A stretch of DNA of 64,000 nt from an uncultured Pelagibacteraceae bacterium (GTDB lineage Bacteria > Pseudomonadota > Alphaproteobacteria > Pelagibacterales > Pelagibacteraceae). The stretch covers positions 6,158-70,157 of the forward strand of contig CACIJX010000002.1 of assembly GCA_902587085.1 (NCBI GenBank), in the 5' to 3' direction. Below the pieces are notes generated by a model. It was not told the DNA's origin. It searched no databases and saw only the letters and a program-made list of their open reading frames with translations. The position numbers were made by a program, and so were the translations under genes. Of this stretch, positions 54,861 through 64,000 are shown piece by piece (within the stretch, counting starts at the first letter, position 1; each line of letters starts with the position of its first letter).

Positions 54861-55727
54861 ATGATAGTTGCTTTAAGTATATTTTTAATAACAGTTGGAT
54901 CAATAGCCTTTCACTTTTGGTCTCCGTGGTGGTGGACAGAAGTAGCATCGAACTGGGGTAATATGGATGATACCATAATTCTAACCTTTTGGATTACTGG
55001 CGTTGTATTTGTTGCTATATGTTTTTTTGTTGCATACTGTGTTTGGAAATTTAGTTATAATAAAGATAGAAGAGCTGAATATAAACCAGAGGATAAAAAA
55101 TTAGAAAGCAGATTAACCTGGGCCACTGCTATCGGAGTTGCGGCTCTATTAGCACCAGGACTAGTTGTTTGGAATCAATATGTGACTGTGCCGGACAATG
55201 CTTACAAAGTAGAAGTTTTTGCATATCAGTGGGGTTGGAAATATAGATTACCAGGTGATGATAATATTTTAGGAAAAACAGACATTAAATATATAAATGA
55301 TGATAATCCGTTTGGATTAATTTTAGAAGATCCAAATGGTAAAGATGATCTTTTAGTTGATGCTCAAGAACTTCACTTATTATTAGACCGACCAGTTAAG
55401 TTTGAGCTTAGAACTATAGATGTTTTACATAATTTTTACGTTCCTCAATTTAGAGGAAAGATGGACATGGTACCCGGTATCGTGACATATTACTGGCTGA
55501 CACCAACCAGAACAGGTGATTTTGAAGTTTTGTGTGCTGAGTATTGCGGGTCTGGACATTATGCTATGAGAGGAAGAGTAATAGTAGATGAAGAGAAAGA
55601 TTACAAAAAATGGGAAGCAAATCAAATAACTTTTGAAAAAATGTTAGCAAAAAACAAAAAAAATGACAATTTGCAACTAGTAAAAAAAGATAAATTAACT
55701 ATAAAGAAACAGAAAAATGTCAGATGA
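54861..55727 (+). CDS. coxB: cytochrome c oxidase subunit II (CuA site present)
   Basis: 288 aa with CuA ligands H..CAEYCGSGHYAM. Confidence 0.9.
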   Translation: MIVALSIFLITVGSIAFHFWSPWWWTEVASNWGNMDDTIILTFWITGVVFVAICFFVAYCVWKFSYNKDRRAEYKPEDKKLESRLTWATAIGVAALLAPGLVVWNQYVTVPDNAYKVEVFAYQWGWKYRLPGDDNILGKTDIKYINDDNPFGLILEDPNGKDDLLVDAQELHLLLDRPVKFELRTIDVLHNFYVPQFRGKMDMVPGIVTYYWLTPTRTGDFEVLCAEYCGSGHYAMRGRVIVDEEKDYKKWEANQITFEKMLAKNKKNDNLQLVKKDKLTIKKQKNVR

Positions 55728-57546
55728 ATACGAACATAAGTTAGAAGCAAAATCAGATTATGCTACTGATGCATCTTCTGTTTCTTCACCAGATTTAGAT
55801 GCAGTTCCAGAAGCGGAACTGCCAGATCAGGAGCTTTATCACTCTCATAGCTGGTGGACTACATATGTATTTTCACAAGATGCAAAATATATTGGTATTC
55901 AATACGCTTTAACAGCAGTGGGTACAGGTCTCTTAGGATTAGTTTTATCTTGGCTAATGAGAATTCAATTAGCCTTTCCTGGCCTTGGCTGGCTCGACCC
56001 AGCAGCTTATTATCAGTTTGTAACAATGCATGGAATGATAATGGTAGTTTATTTACTAACTGCATTATTTTTAGGAGGTTTTGGAAATTTATTAATACCA
56101 CTTATGTGCGGTGCAAGAGATATGGCTTTTCCATATGTAAATATGCTCAGCTATTGGGCATTTGTTGTTGCTGTTGTAGTTTTATTAGCAAGTTTCTTCG
56201 TGCCTGGCGGACCAACCGGAGCAGGTTGGACACTCTATCCTCCACAAGCAATCACTGCCGGAACTCCAGGAAGTGATATGGGAATAATTTTAATGTTGGT
56301 TTCACTAATACTTTTCGTAGCAGGTTTTACAATGGGAGGATTAAATTACATAATTACAGTTTTACAGTTGAGAGCTAGAGGTATGACGCTTATGAGACTT
56401 CCACTAACGATTTGGGGAATTTTTACTGCAACAGTTCTAGCGATGTTCGCTTTTCCTGCTTTATTAGTAGGCTGTTTGATGATGACATTAGATAGTCTTC
56501 TTGGAACAAGCTTCTTTATGCCGGCTATGGTTTCACTTGGCGAAACATTAACACATGAGGGCGGAAGTCCAATCTTATTTCAGCATCTATTTTGGTTTTT
56601 TGGTCACCCAGAAGTTTACATTGTTGCTCTACCAGCTTTTGGAATAGTTTCAGATTTACTTTCAGTGCACTCAAGAAAAACAATTTTTGGTTATAGGATG
56701 ATGGTTTGGGCCATAGTTGGAATTGGTGCTTTGAGCTTTTTTGTTTGGGCACACCACATGTACGTGAGTGGAATGAATCCTTGGTTTGGCTTCTTTTTTG
56801 CAACTACAACACTTATAATCGCGGTGCCTACAGCAATAAAAGTTTATAATTGGATCTTAACTTTATGGAGAGGAAATATTCAACTATCGCTTCCAATGCT
56901 ATTTTCTCTTGGATTTATTGTGACTTTTTTGAATGGAGGATTGACGGGATTATTCCTTGGAAATGTAACAGTTGACGTTCCATTATCTGACACATATTTT
57001 GTGGTTGCTCACTTTCACATGGTAATGGGCATAGCACCTATCCTTGTTATTTTTGGAGCAATTTACCATTGGTATCCTTTGATAACAGGTAGGATGATGA
57101 ATGAAACTTTAGGAAAAATTCATTTTTGGTTTACATTTATAGGTTCATACGCAATCTATTTCCCAATGCACTATCAAGGTTTTGTTGGTGTCCCAAGAAG
57201 GTATTTTGAAATCTATGATAGTCCTTACATTGACACATCCACACTTCTTTTGAACAAGTTTATAACTATTGCAGTTTTAATAGTTGGTGCAGCACAATTA
57301 TTATTCTTGTATAACTTAATTACTAGTGCTCGACTGGGAAAAAAATCAGAAAAAAACCCTTGGAAAGCATGCTCCTTAGAATGGCAAACACCTCAAATGC
57401 CCCCAGAACACGGTAATTGGGGTAAAGAACTTCCTAAGGTTTATAGATGGCCTTATGATTTTAGTGTGCCAGGTGCAAAAGAGGACTATATTCCGCAAAA
57501 CCAACCTCCGAGCGAGATAATAGGTGCGAAAGTTGAGAAAACGTGA
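55717..57546 (+). CDS. coxA: cytochrome c oxidase subunit I
   Basis: 609 aa with WFFGHPEVY and the rest of the heme-copper core. Confidence 0.95.
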   Translation: MSDEYEHKLEAKSDYATDASSVSSPDLDAVPEAELPDQELYHSHSWWTTYVFSQDAKYIGIQYALTAVGTGLLGLVLSWLMRIQLAFPGLGWLDPAAYYQFVTMHGMIMVVYLLTALFLGGFGNLLIPLMCGARDMAFPYVNMLSYWAFVVAVVVLLASFFVPGGPTGAGWTLYPPQAITAGTPGSDMGIILMLVSLILFVAGFTMGGLNYIITVLQLRARGMTLMRLPLTIWGIFTATVLAMFAFPALLVGCLMMTLDSLLGTSFFMPAMVSLGETLTHEGGSPILFQHLFWFFGHPEVYIVALPAFGIVSDLLSVHSRKTIFGYRMMVWAIVGIGALSFFVWAHHMYVSGMNPWFGFFFATTTLIIAVPTAIKVYNWILTLWRGNIQLSLPMLFSLGFIVTFLNGGLTGLFLGNVTVDVPLSDTYFVVAHFHMVMGIAPILVIFGAIYHWYPLITGRMMNETLGKIHFWFTFIGSYAIYFPMHYQGFVGVPRRYFEIYDSPYIDTSTLLLNKFITIAVLIVGAAQLLFLYNLITSARLGKKSEKNPWKACSLEWQTPQMPPEHGNWGKELPKVYRWPYDFSVPGAKEDYIPQNQPPSEIIGAKVEKT

Positions 57547-58175
57547 GCAATAAGAAAAGTATTTTTCAATTACTAACTGAAAAGCCTTGGGAAAAAGATC
57601 AAATAGAGGTAGATAACAAACACCAAGGTCAAACAGTAAATTTGAGCAAACAGAAGTTAGGTTTAAGAACAATAATGGCTGCTAGCACGGTATTGTTCTC
57701 ACTATTCATAGTGGCATATTCTGATCGTATGTTAATAAGTGATTGGAAAAATATGCCTGAGCCATGGTTACTATGGTTAAATACCGGCATTTTAGTAATA
57801 AGCAGTTTAGTTTTTCATATGACAACAAAATATGCTCAAAAGGATAATTTTGATAAAACTAAAAACGGTTTATATTTTGTTGGTTTTCTTGCTTATTTTT
57901 TTCTGATTGGTCAGCTTATAGTTTGGTATCAACTTATGAATACCGGATACTACGCTACTACTAATGTAGCTAACGCTTTTTTCTATTTATTTACAACAAT
58001 TCATGGCCTTCATATAGTTGGAGGTATATATTTTTGGGGTAAAACTACATCAAAATTTATTAAAAGAACGTATAAAAAAGAAGAAATAAATAATTTAATT
58101 GATACTTGCGCTGTATATTGGCACTTTTTATTAGCTGTTTGGATTGTGCTTTTTGGATTAATGCTATCAAGTTAA
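57543..58175 (+). CDS. heme-copper oxidase subunit III-family protein (first of two)
   Basis: 210 aa with a GTG start overlapping the coxA stop (GTGA). The C-terminal region VYWHFLLAVW resembles the subunit III signature. Confidence 0.7.
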   Translation: MSNKKSIFQLLTEKPWEKDQIEVDNKHQGQTVNLSKQKLGLRTIMAASTVLFSLFIVAYSDRMLISDWKNMPEPWLLWLNTGILVISSLVFHMTTKYAQKDNFDKTKNGLYFVGFLAYFFLIGQLIVWYQLMNTGYYATTNVANAFFYLFTTIHGLHIVGGIYFWGKTTSKFIKRTYKKEEINNLIDTCAVYWHFLLAVWIVLFGLMLSS

Positions 58176-58184
58176 GGGATATTT

Positions 58185-58889
58185 ATGTCAGACTCTTCAT
58201 TTCAAAATCTTCCTAAAGGTTGGAAAAGCGTTCCGAGTGATTTAGGTTCAGATCAGACTGCGTTTAAAGGTGTTCAATGGGGTAAAGCAATGATGTGGAT
58301 CTTTTTATTGAGTGATACTTTCATTTTTAGTTGTTTTTTAATCTCTTATATGAAGGGCAGGGCATCAACTGTGGTTGATTGGCCAAATACAAGTGAAGTA
58401 TTTTCACTAGATTTTATGGGAGTCCCTGTACCATTACTTTTGATCGCTATAATGACCTTTGTGCTTATTACAAGTAGTGGAACTATGGCTTTAGCAGTGA
58501 AGTATGGGTATGAGAAAAACAAAAAAATGTGTGGCTGGTTCATTTTTGCTACTGCAATTGGCGGATTAACCTTTGTAGGTATGCAAGCCTACGAATGGTC
58601 TAAACTAATACATGAAGGAGTAAGACCTTGGTCAAATCCTTTTGGCGCTGGTCAATTTGGCTCATATTTCTTCATGATAACAGGATTTCATGGTACGCAT
58701 GTATCTATAGGTGTAATATTTCTATTTATATTTGCCAGAAAAGTATTTAGAGGAGATTTTGATACCGGAAGGCGCGGATTTTTCACTACAATGAAGTCAG
58801 ATTATGTTTCAATTGAAATACTTGGCCTTTATTGGCACTTTGTTGATTTAGTCTGGGTTTTTATTTTTGCCTTCTTCTATCTCTGGTAA
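58185..58889 (+). CDS. coxC: cytochrome c oxidase subunit III
   Basis: 234 aa with the signature LYWHFVDLVW. Confidence 0.85.
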   Translation: MSDSSFQNLPKGWKSVPSDLGSDQTAFKGVQWGKAMMWIFLLSDTFIFSCFLISYMKGRASTVVDWPNTSEVFSLDFMGVPVPLLLIAIMTFVLITSSGTMALAVKYGYEKNKKMCGWFIFATAIGGLTFVGMQAYEWSKLIHEGVRPWSNPFGAGQFGSYFFMITGFHGTHVSIGVIFLFIFARKVFRGDFDTGRRGFFTTMKSDYVSIEILGLYWHFVDLVWVFIFAFFYLW

Positions 58890-58901
58890 GATAATATTAT
58901 T

Positions 58902-59252
58902 ATGAATGAAAATACAGAAATAAACAAAGACAAACAAAAGGCCTCAACAACACATAAGATAGGAATTTACTTATGGATATGGGGATTGTTATTTGTACTA
59001 AGTTTTTTTTCCTACATGGTTGACTGGTACCAGTTTCAAGGTTTACTTAGATGGTCTTTAATTTTGTTTTTTATGTTTTTAAAAGCAGGTTTAATTATGG
59101 CTTTTTTTATGCATCTCTTTTGGGAGCGCTACGCCCTTGTAAATGTTTTGCTATGGCCGATGACTGCGATAGCCTGTTTTGTCGGTCTAATGGTAGCCGA
59201 GGGAAAGTACACTGTTTTTACAAGACTTATTTACTTTGTTCTTGGAGAGTAA
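58902..59252 (+). CDS. prokaryotic-type oxidase subunit IV-like membrane protein
   Basis: 116 aa with three TM segments. Its position after subunit III matches cyo/qox-type operons. Confidence 0.55.
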   Translation: MNENTEINKDKQKASTTHKIGIYLWIWGLLFVLSFFSYMVDWYQFQGLLRWSLILFFMFLKAGLIMAFFMHLFWERYALVNVLLWPMTAIACFVGLMVAEGKYTVFTRLIYFVLGE

Positions 59253-59269
59253 TTTAATAAAGGATCAAA

Positions 59270-60181
59270 TTGTTTAACACACAGACAAAAACACGAGAAT
59301 TTAAACTAGATATTAACAATTATCTAAAGGCTCTTTTTGACTTAATGAAACCTAGAGTGATGTCTTTAGCGGTTTTTACTTGTGTAGTTGGATTAATAAT
59401 TGCTCCAGACTCAGTAAGTTTATTCACCGCAACTCTATCTATTATAGCTGTTGCTTTTGGATCAGGTGCTGCAGGTGCTTTAAACATGTGGTATGAAGCC
59501 GATCTAGACTCTGTAATGTCAAGAACGTGCTTGAGACCAATTCCAACTGGCAGATTAACAAAAAAACAAGCACTTATTTTTGGAACATTAACCTCCTTTG
59601 CTTCTGTCATAGCTTTATATTTTTTTTCAAATTTAATGGCTGCTTCTTTATTGGCCATAACGATTTTGTTTTACGTTTTTATATATACAATTTGGCTTAA
59701 GAGAAAAACACCTCAAAATATCGTTATCGGCGGAGCTGCAGGTGCACTTCCACCAGTTATAGGCTGGTCAATAGCAACAGGGGGAATTGACATAGAGCCT
59801 ATTATATTGTTTTTAATTATTTTTATTTGGACGCCATCTCATTTTTGGGCACTAGGATTGTATAAATCTGATGATTATAAGAAGGCAAAAATACCTATGC
59901 TTCCTGTAACCTCAGGTATTCAGGCAACTAAAAAAAATATATTAATTTATTCCATTCTTTTATTCCCAATAGCTCTAGCACCTGTACTTTTAAAGTTTTC
60001 AGGTATCATATATTTTTTATTTTCTTTTCCACTAAGCGCATATTACATTTTAATTTGTTATAAACTTTTTAAAACAAAAAGTTCAAAATTGGAAAAGAAA
60101 ATATCAAAACAAATATTTGGTTTCTCAATTTTCTACCTGTTCTTAATATTTGTATCAATTCTAGTGGATAAAGTTGTCTAA
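59270..60181 (+). CDS. ctaB: protoheme IX farnesyltransferase (heme O synthase)
   Basis: 303-aa UbiA-family protein with a TTG start preceded by AAGGA. Confidence 0.9.
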   Translation: MFNTQTKTREFKLDINNYLKALFDLMKPRVMSLAVFTCVVGLIIAPDSVSLFTATLSIIAVAFGSGAAGALNMWYEADLDSVMSRTCLRPIPTGRLTKKQALIFGTLTSFASVIALYFFSNLMAASLLAITILFYVFIYTIWLKRKTPQNIVIGGAAGALPPVIGWSIATGGIDIEPIILFLIIFIWTPSHFWALGLYKSDDYKKAKIPMLPVTSGIQATKKNILIYSILLFPIALAPVLLKFSGIIYFLFSFPLSAYYILICYKLFKTKSSKLEKKISKQIFGFSIFYLFLIFVSILVDKVV

Positions 60182-60620
60182 AAAAAAAGAAAATAAAAAT
60201 AAATTATTAATTTTTTTCTTATCTATAATAATAATATTTTCATTATCCATTTTTTTTTCGAAGGAAAATATTTCAAATAAACAGGAAATAAGCACCAAGT
60301 TGATAACAAGTGTTCATAAGGATTTACCATTTAAGTTTGAAACAGAACAGCAATATATAACTATAAAACCTGGTGAGATTAAAACAGTAAACTATACAGT
60401 AACAAATTTAAGTGAAAACAGTGCATCTGGCATGGCCACCTTTCAAGTATATCCCAGTGAATTAAAAGAATATATGACTAAAATGAACTGCTTTTGTTAT
60501 GAACAGCAGACTTTGAATGCAGGTCAAAAAGAAAAGTATGCTCTAGTTTTATTAGTTGACCCTAATGTGACAAAGAATATAAAAGAAGCTATAATTCAAT
60601 TTGTATTTTTTAAAAAATGA
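60174..60620 (+). CDS. ctaG: cytochrome c oxidase assembly protein CtaG/Cox11 (short)
   Basis: 148 aa with an N-terminal TM and the copper motif CFCYEQQ. A TTG start is inferred. Confidence 0.75.
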   Translation: MSKKKENKNKLLIFFLSIIIIFSLSIFFSKENISNKQEISTKLITSVHKDLPFKFETEQQYITIKPGEIKTVNYTVTNLSENSASGMATFQVYPSELKEYMTKMNCFCYEQQTLNAGQKEKYALVLLVDPNVTKNIKEAIIQFVFFKK

Positions 60621-60790
60621 TTATTAATATTTCAAATTCTGAAATCCTCGAGATGTGCGCAGTGTGTATTTCTGAAACATCAGGTGGTCAAATGGCTTTG
60701 TTAGTTATTGTGGTTTCACTTACTCTTATGGGATTGCTAAATAGATCTTGGAAGAAAAACTTTAAAAAAGAAGAAAAATTATCTAGATAG
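60617..60790 (+). CDS. hypothetical 57-aa membrane protein with CxxC motif (MIINISNSEILEMCAVCISETSGGQMALLVIVVSLTLMGLLNRSWKKNFKKEEKLSR)
   Basis: Hand-translated and below the ORF-track cutoff. It is overlap-coupled at both ends: ATGA with the ctaG stop, and TAGTG with the thrC GTG start. Confidence 0.45.
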   Translation: MIINISNSEILEMCAVCISETSGGQMALLVIVVSLTLMGLLNRSWKKNFKKEEKLSR

Positions 60791-62166
60791 TGGAATATAT
60801 CAGCACAAGGAATAAAAATCTAAAATACAATTTTAAAGATATTTTTTTAAGAGGGTTAGCCCCTGATGGGGGACTTTTTATTCCTAAACAAATTAAAAAA
60901 TATAGTAAAGATGAAATTAAAAAATTGAGCGTTTTGAGTTATGTTGATCTTGCAACAGAAATAATATTTAATTTTTGTTCATCAAGTATAGAAAAAAAAA
61001 AACTTAAAAATCTTATAAAAAAGTCCTACCAAAGCTTTTCATCCGAAGAAGTTATAAAACTCAAGAAGTTTGGAAATTTAAATTTAATAGAACTTTATCA
61101 TGGACCTACGCTGGCATTCAAAGATATTGCAATGCAAGTTCTTGGAAACATGTATGATGAATTTAATGTTTCTTCTAATAATAAAGTAAATATTATAGTT
61201 GCTACTTCTGGCGATACTGGTTCAGCAGCTATTGCAGCTTTAAACGATAGAAAAAATATTAATGTATTTATTTTACATCCATATAAAAAAATTTCAAATA
61301 TACAAAGAAAAATTATGACAACTATTGGATCTAATAATATTTATAATATTGCCGTCAAAGGAACATTTGATGATTGTCAAAAACTTGTCAAAGAAATGTT
61401 TTCTGAAAATAAATTTAGAGAAAAAATTAATATGTCTGGTGTAAATTCTATAAATTGGGCAAGAATAACTTGTCAGATAGTTTATTATTTTTATTCTTAT
61501 TTTAAATTTCAAAATAAGAAAGTTAGTTTTGCAGTACCAACTGGTAATTTTGGAGATGTTTTTGCAGGATATGTAGCTAAAAAAATGGGACTACCAATTC
61601 AAAAATTAATAGTTGCTACCAATGAAAATGATATTTTAGAGAAAGTTATTAATACAGGTAAATATAAACCAACTAAAGTAAAACCATCATTGTCTCCAAG
61701 TATGGATGTTCAAATATCAAGTAATTTTGAAAGACTACTTTTTGACGTGCTTAATGAAGACGATAAAAAAGTATCAATTTTTATGAATGACTTAAAATCT
61801 AAGGGTTCGTTTTTGTTAAATAAAGAACAGATAGATTTTATAAAAAAAGATTTCAGTGCTAAAAAAATAAATGATAAAGAAACTATTGAAATAATAAAAG
61901 GTTTTTCGAGAGAACATAATTTCGTAATTGATCCCCATACAGCAACTGCAGTTGGGGCCTCTAAGGATGTAAAAGATGGTTCTGAAATTTTGATTCTAGG
62001 CACAGCCCATCCTTATAAATTTTTAGAAACAATTAAAATGGCAACATCTCAGAAAGTCGAGATTCCAAAACAAATAGCGCATTTAATGGATAAAAAAGAA
62101 AATTATGATATTTTAGAAAATAAAATAAACGATGTTAAAAATTATATATTAGGCAAAATATCATGA
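60790..62166 (+). CDS. thrC: threonine synthase
   Basis: 458 aa with N-terminus (M)EYISTRNKN..GLAPDGGLFIP and the PLP lysine motif TLAFKD. The start is GTG. Confidence 0.9.
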   Translation: MEYISTRNKNLKYNFKDIFLRGLAPDGGLFIPKQIKKYSKDEIKKLSVLSYVDLATEIIFNFCSSSIEKKKLKNLIKKSYQSFSSEEVIKLKKFGNLNLIELYHGPTLAFKDIAMQVLGNMYDEFNVSSNNKVNIIVATSGDTGSAAIAALNDRKNINVFILHPYKKISNIQRKIMTTIGSNNIYNIAVKGTFDDCQKLVKEMFSENKFREKINMSGVNSINWARITCQIVYYFYSYFKFQNKKVSFAVPTGNFGDVFAGYVAKKMGLPIQKLIVATNENDILEKVINTGKYKPTKVKPSLSPSMDVQISSNFERLLFDVLNEDDKKVSIFMNDLKSKGSFLLNKEQIDFIKKDFSAKKINDKETIEIIKGFSREHNFVIDPHTATAVGASKDVKDGSEILILGTAHPYKFLETIKMATSQKVEIPKQIAHLMDKKENYDILENKINDVKNYILGKIS

Positions 62167-62651
62167 AAATAAAAACTGGAGATAAATTACCTCAGAGTGA
62201 TTTTTTTTATTTGGACGATACAAATGTAGTAAAAAAAATTTCAACAAATGATTTATTTAAAGCTGAAAAAATAATCATTTTAGGAATGCCCGGAGCTTTC
62301 ACAAAAACTTGTTCAGCGATTCATTTACCGGGCTATGTCAAAAACTATGATTTAGCAAAAAAAAAGGGTATTGCTAAAATAATTTGTTTGGCGGTTAACG
62401 ATCCAAACGTAATGAAAGCTTGGGGTCAAAATCAAAATGTAGGTAATAAAATATTCATGGTTGGAGACCCATTTTGTAAATTTACTAAAGCTATTGGGGC
62501 TGAAGTAGATAAGTCAGCAAAAGGTTTAGGAATTAGATCAAATAGATATACAATGCTATTAGAAAATGGAGTTGTTAAAAAAATCGAGGAAGAAAAAGAA
62601 ACCGCAACCTGTGAATTGTCTGCTGCAGAAAATTTCTTAAATAGAATTTAA
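62163..62651 (+). CDS. peroxiredoxin (Prx5-type)
   Basis: 162 aa with motif PGAFTKTCS. Confidence 0.85.
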   Translation: MKIKTGDKLPQSDFFYLDDTNVVKKISTNDLFKAEKIIILGMPGAFTKTCSAIHLPGYVKNYDLAKKKGIAKIICLAVNDPNVMKAWGQNQNVGNKIFMVGDPFCKFTKAIGAEVDKSAKGLGIRSNRYTMLLENGVVKKIEEEKETATCELSAAENFLNRI

Positions 62652-63032
62652 TTACTTAGTTGGAAGTTGATTATTTTTCCAGCCAATTTTTTCTCTGTCG
62701 TCACCTCTAAAACCATCTGAAACATTTAAGCATTTAAAGCCTTTTTCACTTAATAATTCTGCTGCTCTTTGAGATCTATTACCAGATCCACACATAACAA
62801 GAATTTCACAATTCTTATCAATTTTAAAATTTTCAAATTCTTTTACGAAATTTTGATTAACAATTCTACCTTGGAATTGGGATGATAAAAAATATGTTTT
62901 AATTCCTATTTTATCACCATCGGGTTTTCCTATTTGATCCCACTCTTCTTTTGTTCTTACATCTAACAAAATACTTTTTGGTTTTTCTTTTATGAAGTCT
63001 TTGATCTTATTACTTGGAATTTGTTTTATCAT
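62652..63032 (-). CDS. single-domain rhodanese-like sulfurtransferase
   Basis: 126 aa with the active-site loop CGSGNRS. Confidence 0.75.
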   Translation of the reverse strand: MIKQIPSNKIKDFIKEKPKSILLDVRTKEEWDQIGKPDGDKIGIKTYFLSSQFQGRIVNQNFVKEFENFKIDKNCEILVMCGSGNRSQRAAELLSEKGFKCLNVSDGFRGDDREKIGWKNNQLPTK

Positions 63033-63461
63033 TTATCTTTTTATAGCTCCTTTTGCGAGTTCATCAACAATATTATTATATTCATTTTGAGCATGCCCTT
63101 TTACCCAAATCCACTTAATAGAATGTCTTGACGATAAATCTCTTAACTTTTTCCATAACTCTATATTTTTAACAGGTTTTTTTGTTGCAGTTTTCCACCC
63201 ATTTTTTTCCCATTTTTTTATCCAGGTTGTTATCCCTTCTTTTAGATAAGTCGAGTCTGTATAAATTGAAATTTCTGATTTTTTCTTGAATTTTTGCATC
63301 GCTTTTATCGGTGCTAATAGTTCCATTCTATTATTTGTTGTGTTTTTTTCACTCCCTGAGATTTCATCTTTAATTTTATCATCTATTAATATTATTGCTG
63401 CCCAACCACCTGGACCAGGATTACCTGAGCATGCACCGTCGGTATATACTTTATATTTCAT
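63033..63461 (-). CDS. rnhA: ribonuclease HI
   Basis: 142 aa with motif VYTDGACSGNPGPGGWAA. Confidence 0.9.
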   Translation of the reverse strand: MKYKVYTDGACSGNPGPGGWAAIILIDDKIKDEISGSEKNTTNNRMELLAPIKAMQKFKKKSEISIYTDSTYLKEGITTWIKKWEKNGWKTATKKPVKNIELWKKLRDLSSRHSIKWIWVKGHAQNEYNNIVDELAKGAIKR

Positions 63462-63462
63462 A

Positions 63463-64000
63463 TTAAATTAGATAATCCTCAAAGCTCTTCGCATTTTTAT
63501 GAAATTCTAATCTTTTTAAATATTCTTCAGGGTCTTTTATTTTCACAACGGCATCGTTAACAGTATTAATGTAATCGAAAACCCTTGTTAAAAGAAATCT
63601 TAAAGCAGCACCTTGAGAAAGAACCTTAATAGCCATTTTTTCATCTTTAGATATTTTTCTAACTTCGTTATAACCCTCCATCAATTTTTTGGCTTTAGTT
63701 ACATTAAAACTTAAATTTTGCTTTATTCCATCAAAACACAATGCATTAAAACATATTGCAATCTCAAAAGCATAAAAATCATTACATGAAAAATAAAAAT
63801 CAATGAATCCAGAAAACTTATTATTTTTGAAAAAAATATTATCACTAAACAAATCTGCGTGAATAATTCCAGAAGGTAAGTTTTTTGGCCAATCTTTTTC
63901 TATAGTCATTAAATTTGCTTCAATTAATTTTGGTAGTTCAGGATGAATTTTATTACACTTATCTTTAACTTGTGAAAATATATTTCTCCAAGATCTCACT
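63463..64000 (-). CDS. thrB: homoserine kinase, type II (APH-fold), C-terminal part; gene continues beyond the right edge
   Basis: Catalytic motif IHADLFSDNIFF. The thrB-rnhA adjacency is typical of alphaproteobacteria. Confidence 0.8.
   Translation of the reverse strand, partial: VRSWRNIFSQVKDKCNKIHPELPKLIEANLMTIEKDWPKNLPSGIIHADLFSDNIFFKNNKFSGFIDFYFSCNDFYAFEIAICFNALCFDGIKQNLSFNVTKAKKLMEGYNEVRKISKDEKMAIKVLSQGAALRFLLTRVFDYINTVNDAVVKIKDPEEYLKRLEFHKNAKSFEDYLI

Overview
This window is an AT-rich, very tightly packed alphaproteobacterial chromosome segment. G+C looks like roughly 30% by eye; I did not compute it. Synteny and protein content (gcrA-argD-argF, thrB-rnhA, ctaB-ctaG-thrC, ffs-dnaX-ybaB-recR) and the extreme streamlining point to a SAR11/Pelagibacterales-like genome. 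This assignment is an inference, since no database search was possible. Nearly all of the window is core housekeeping:
- rpsA, cmk and aroA
- LPS/lipid A genes: lptB, lptC, kdsD, kdsB, lpxL, lpxK, waaA, msbA
- argDF
- dnaX-ybaB-recR
- glcB and accA
- tRNA-His followed by hisS-hisZ-hisG
- groESL
- ribF-ileS-lspA
- purD and ubiA
- an aa3-type cytochrome c oxidase cluster with ctaB and ctaG
- thrC, rnhA and thrB

The most clearly adaptive block is a phosphate-stress region at about 7.0-18.4 kb. It holds a lipid kinase, divergent from plcP-agt (lipid-remodelling genes), then phoR-pstSCAB-phoU-phoB, and a convergent arsC-aquaglyceroporin pair. I find 11-bp-phased TGTAAYA direct repeats (candidate Pho boxes) in front of plcP, pstS and pstC.

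The candidates for new biology, all hypotheses drawn from sequence alone, are:
1. A tRNA-His gene ends 4 nt before the hisS ATG. A strong AAGGAG sits 4 nt upstream of the tRNA, and a 24-codon ORF with four His codons lies further upstream.
2. A two-gene cassette lies between hisG and groEL. It encodes an APS-kinase-like domain fused to a minimal HxGH nucleotidyltransferase, plus a protein carrying both sulfotransferase PAPS-binding motifs.
3. Three +/-1 frameshifts in long poly(A) tracts are confined to aroA and cmk.
4. dnaX carries an in-frame A_AAA_AAG heptamer with a -1 frame stop three codons later.

I saw no rRNA, CRISPR array, transposase, integrase or prophage signature.
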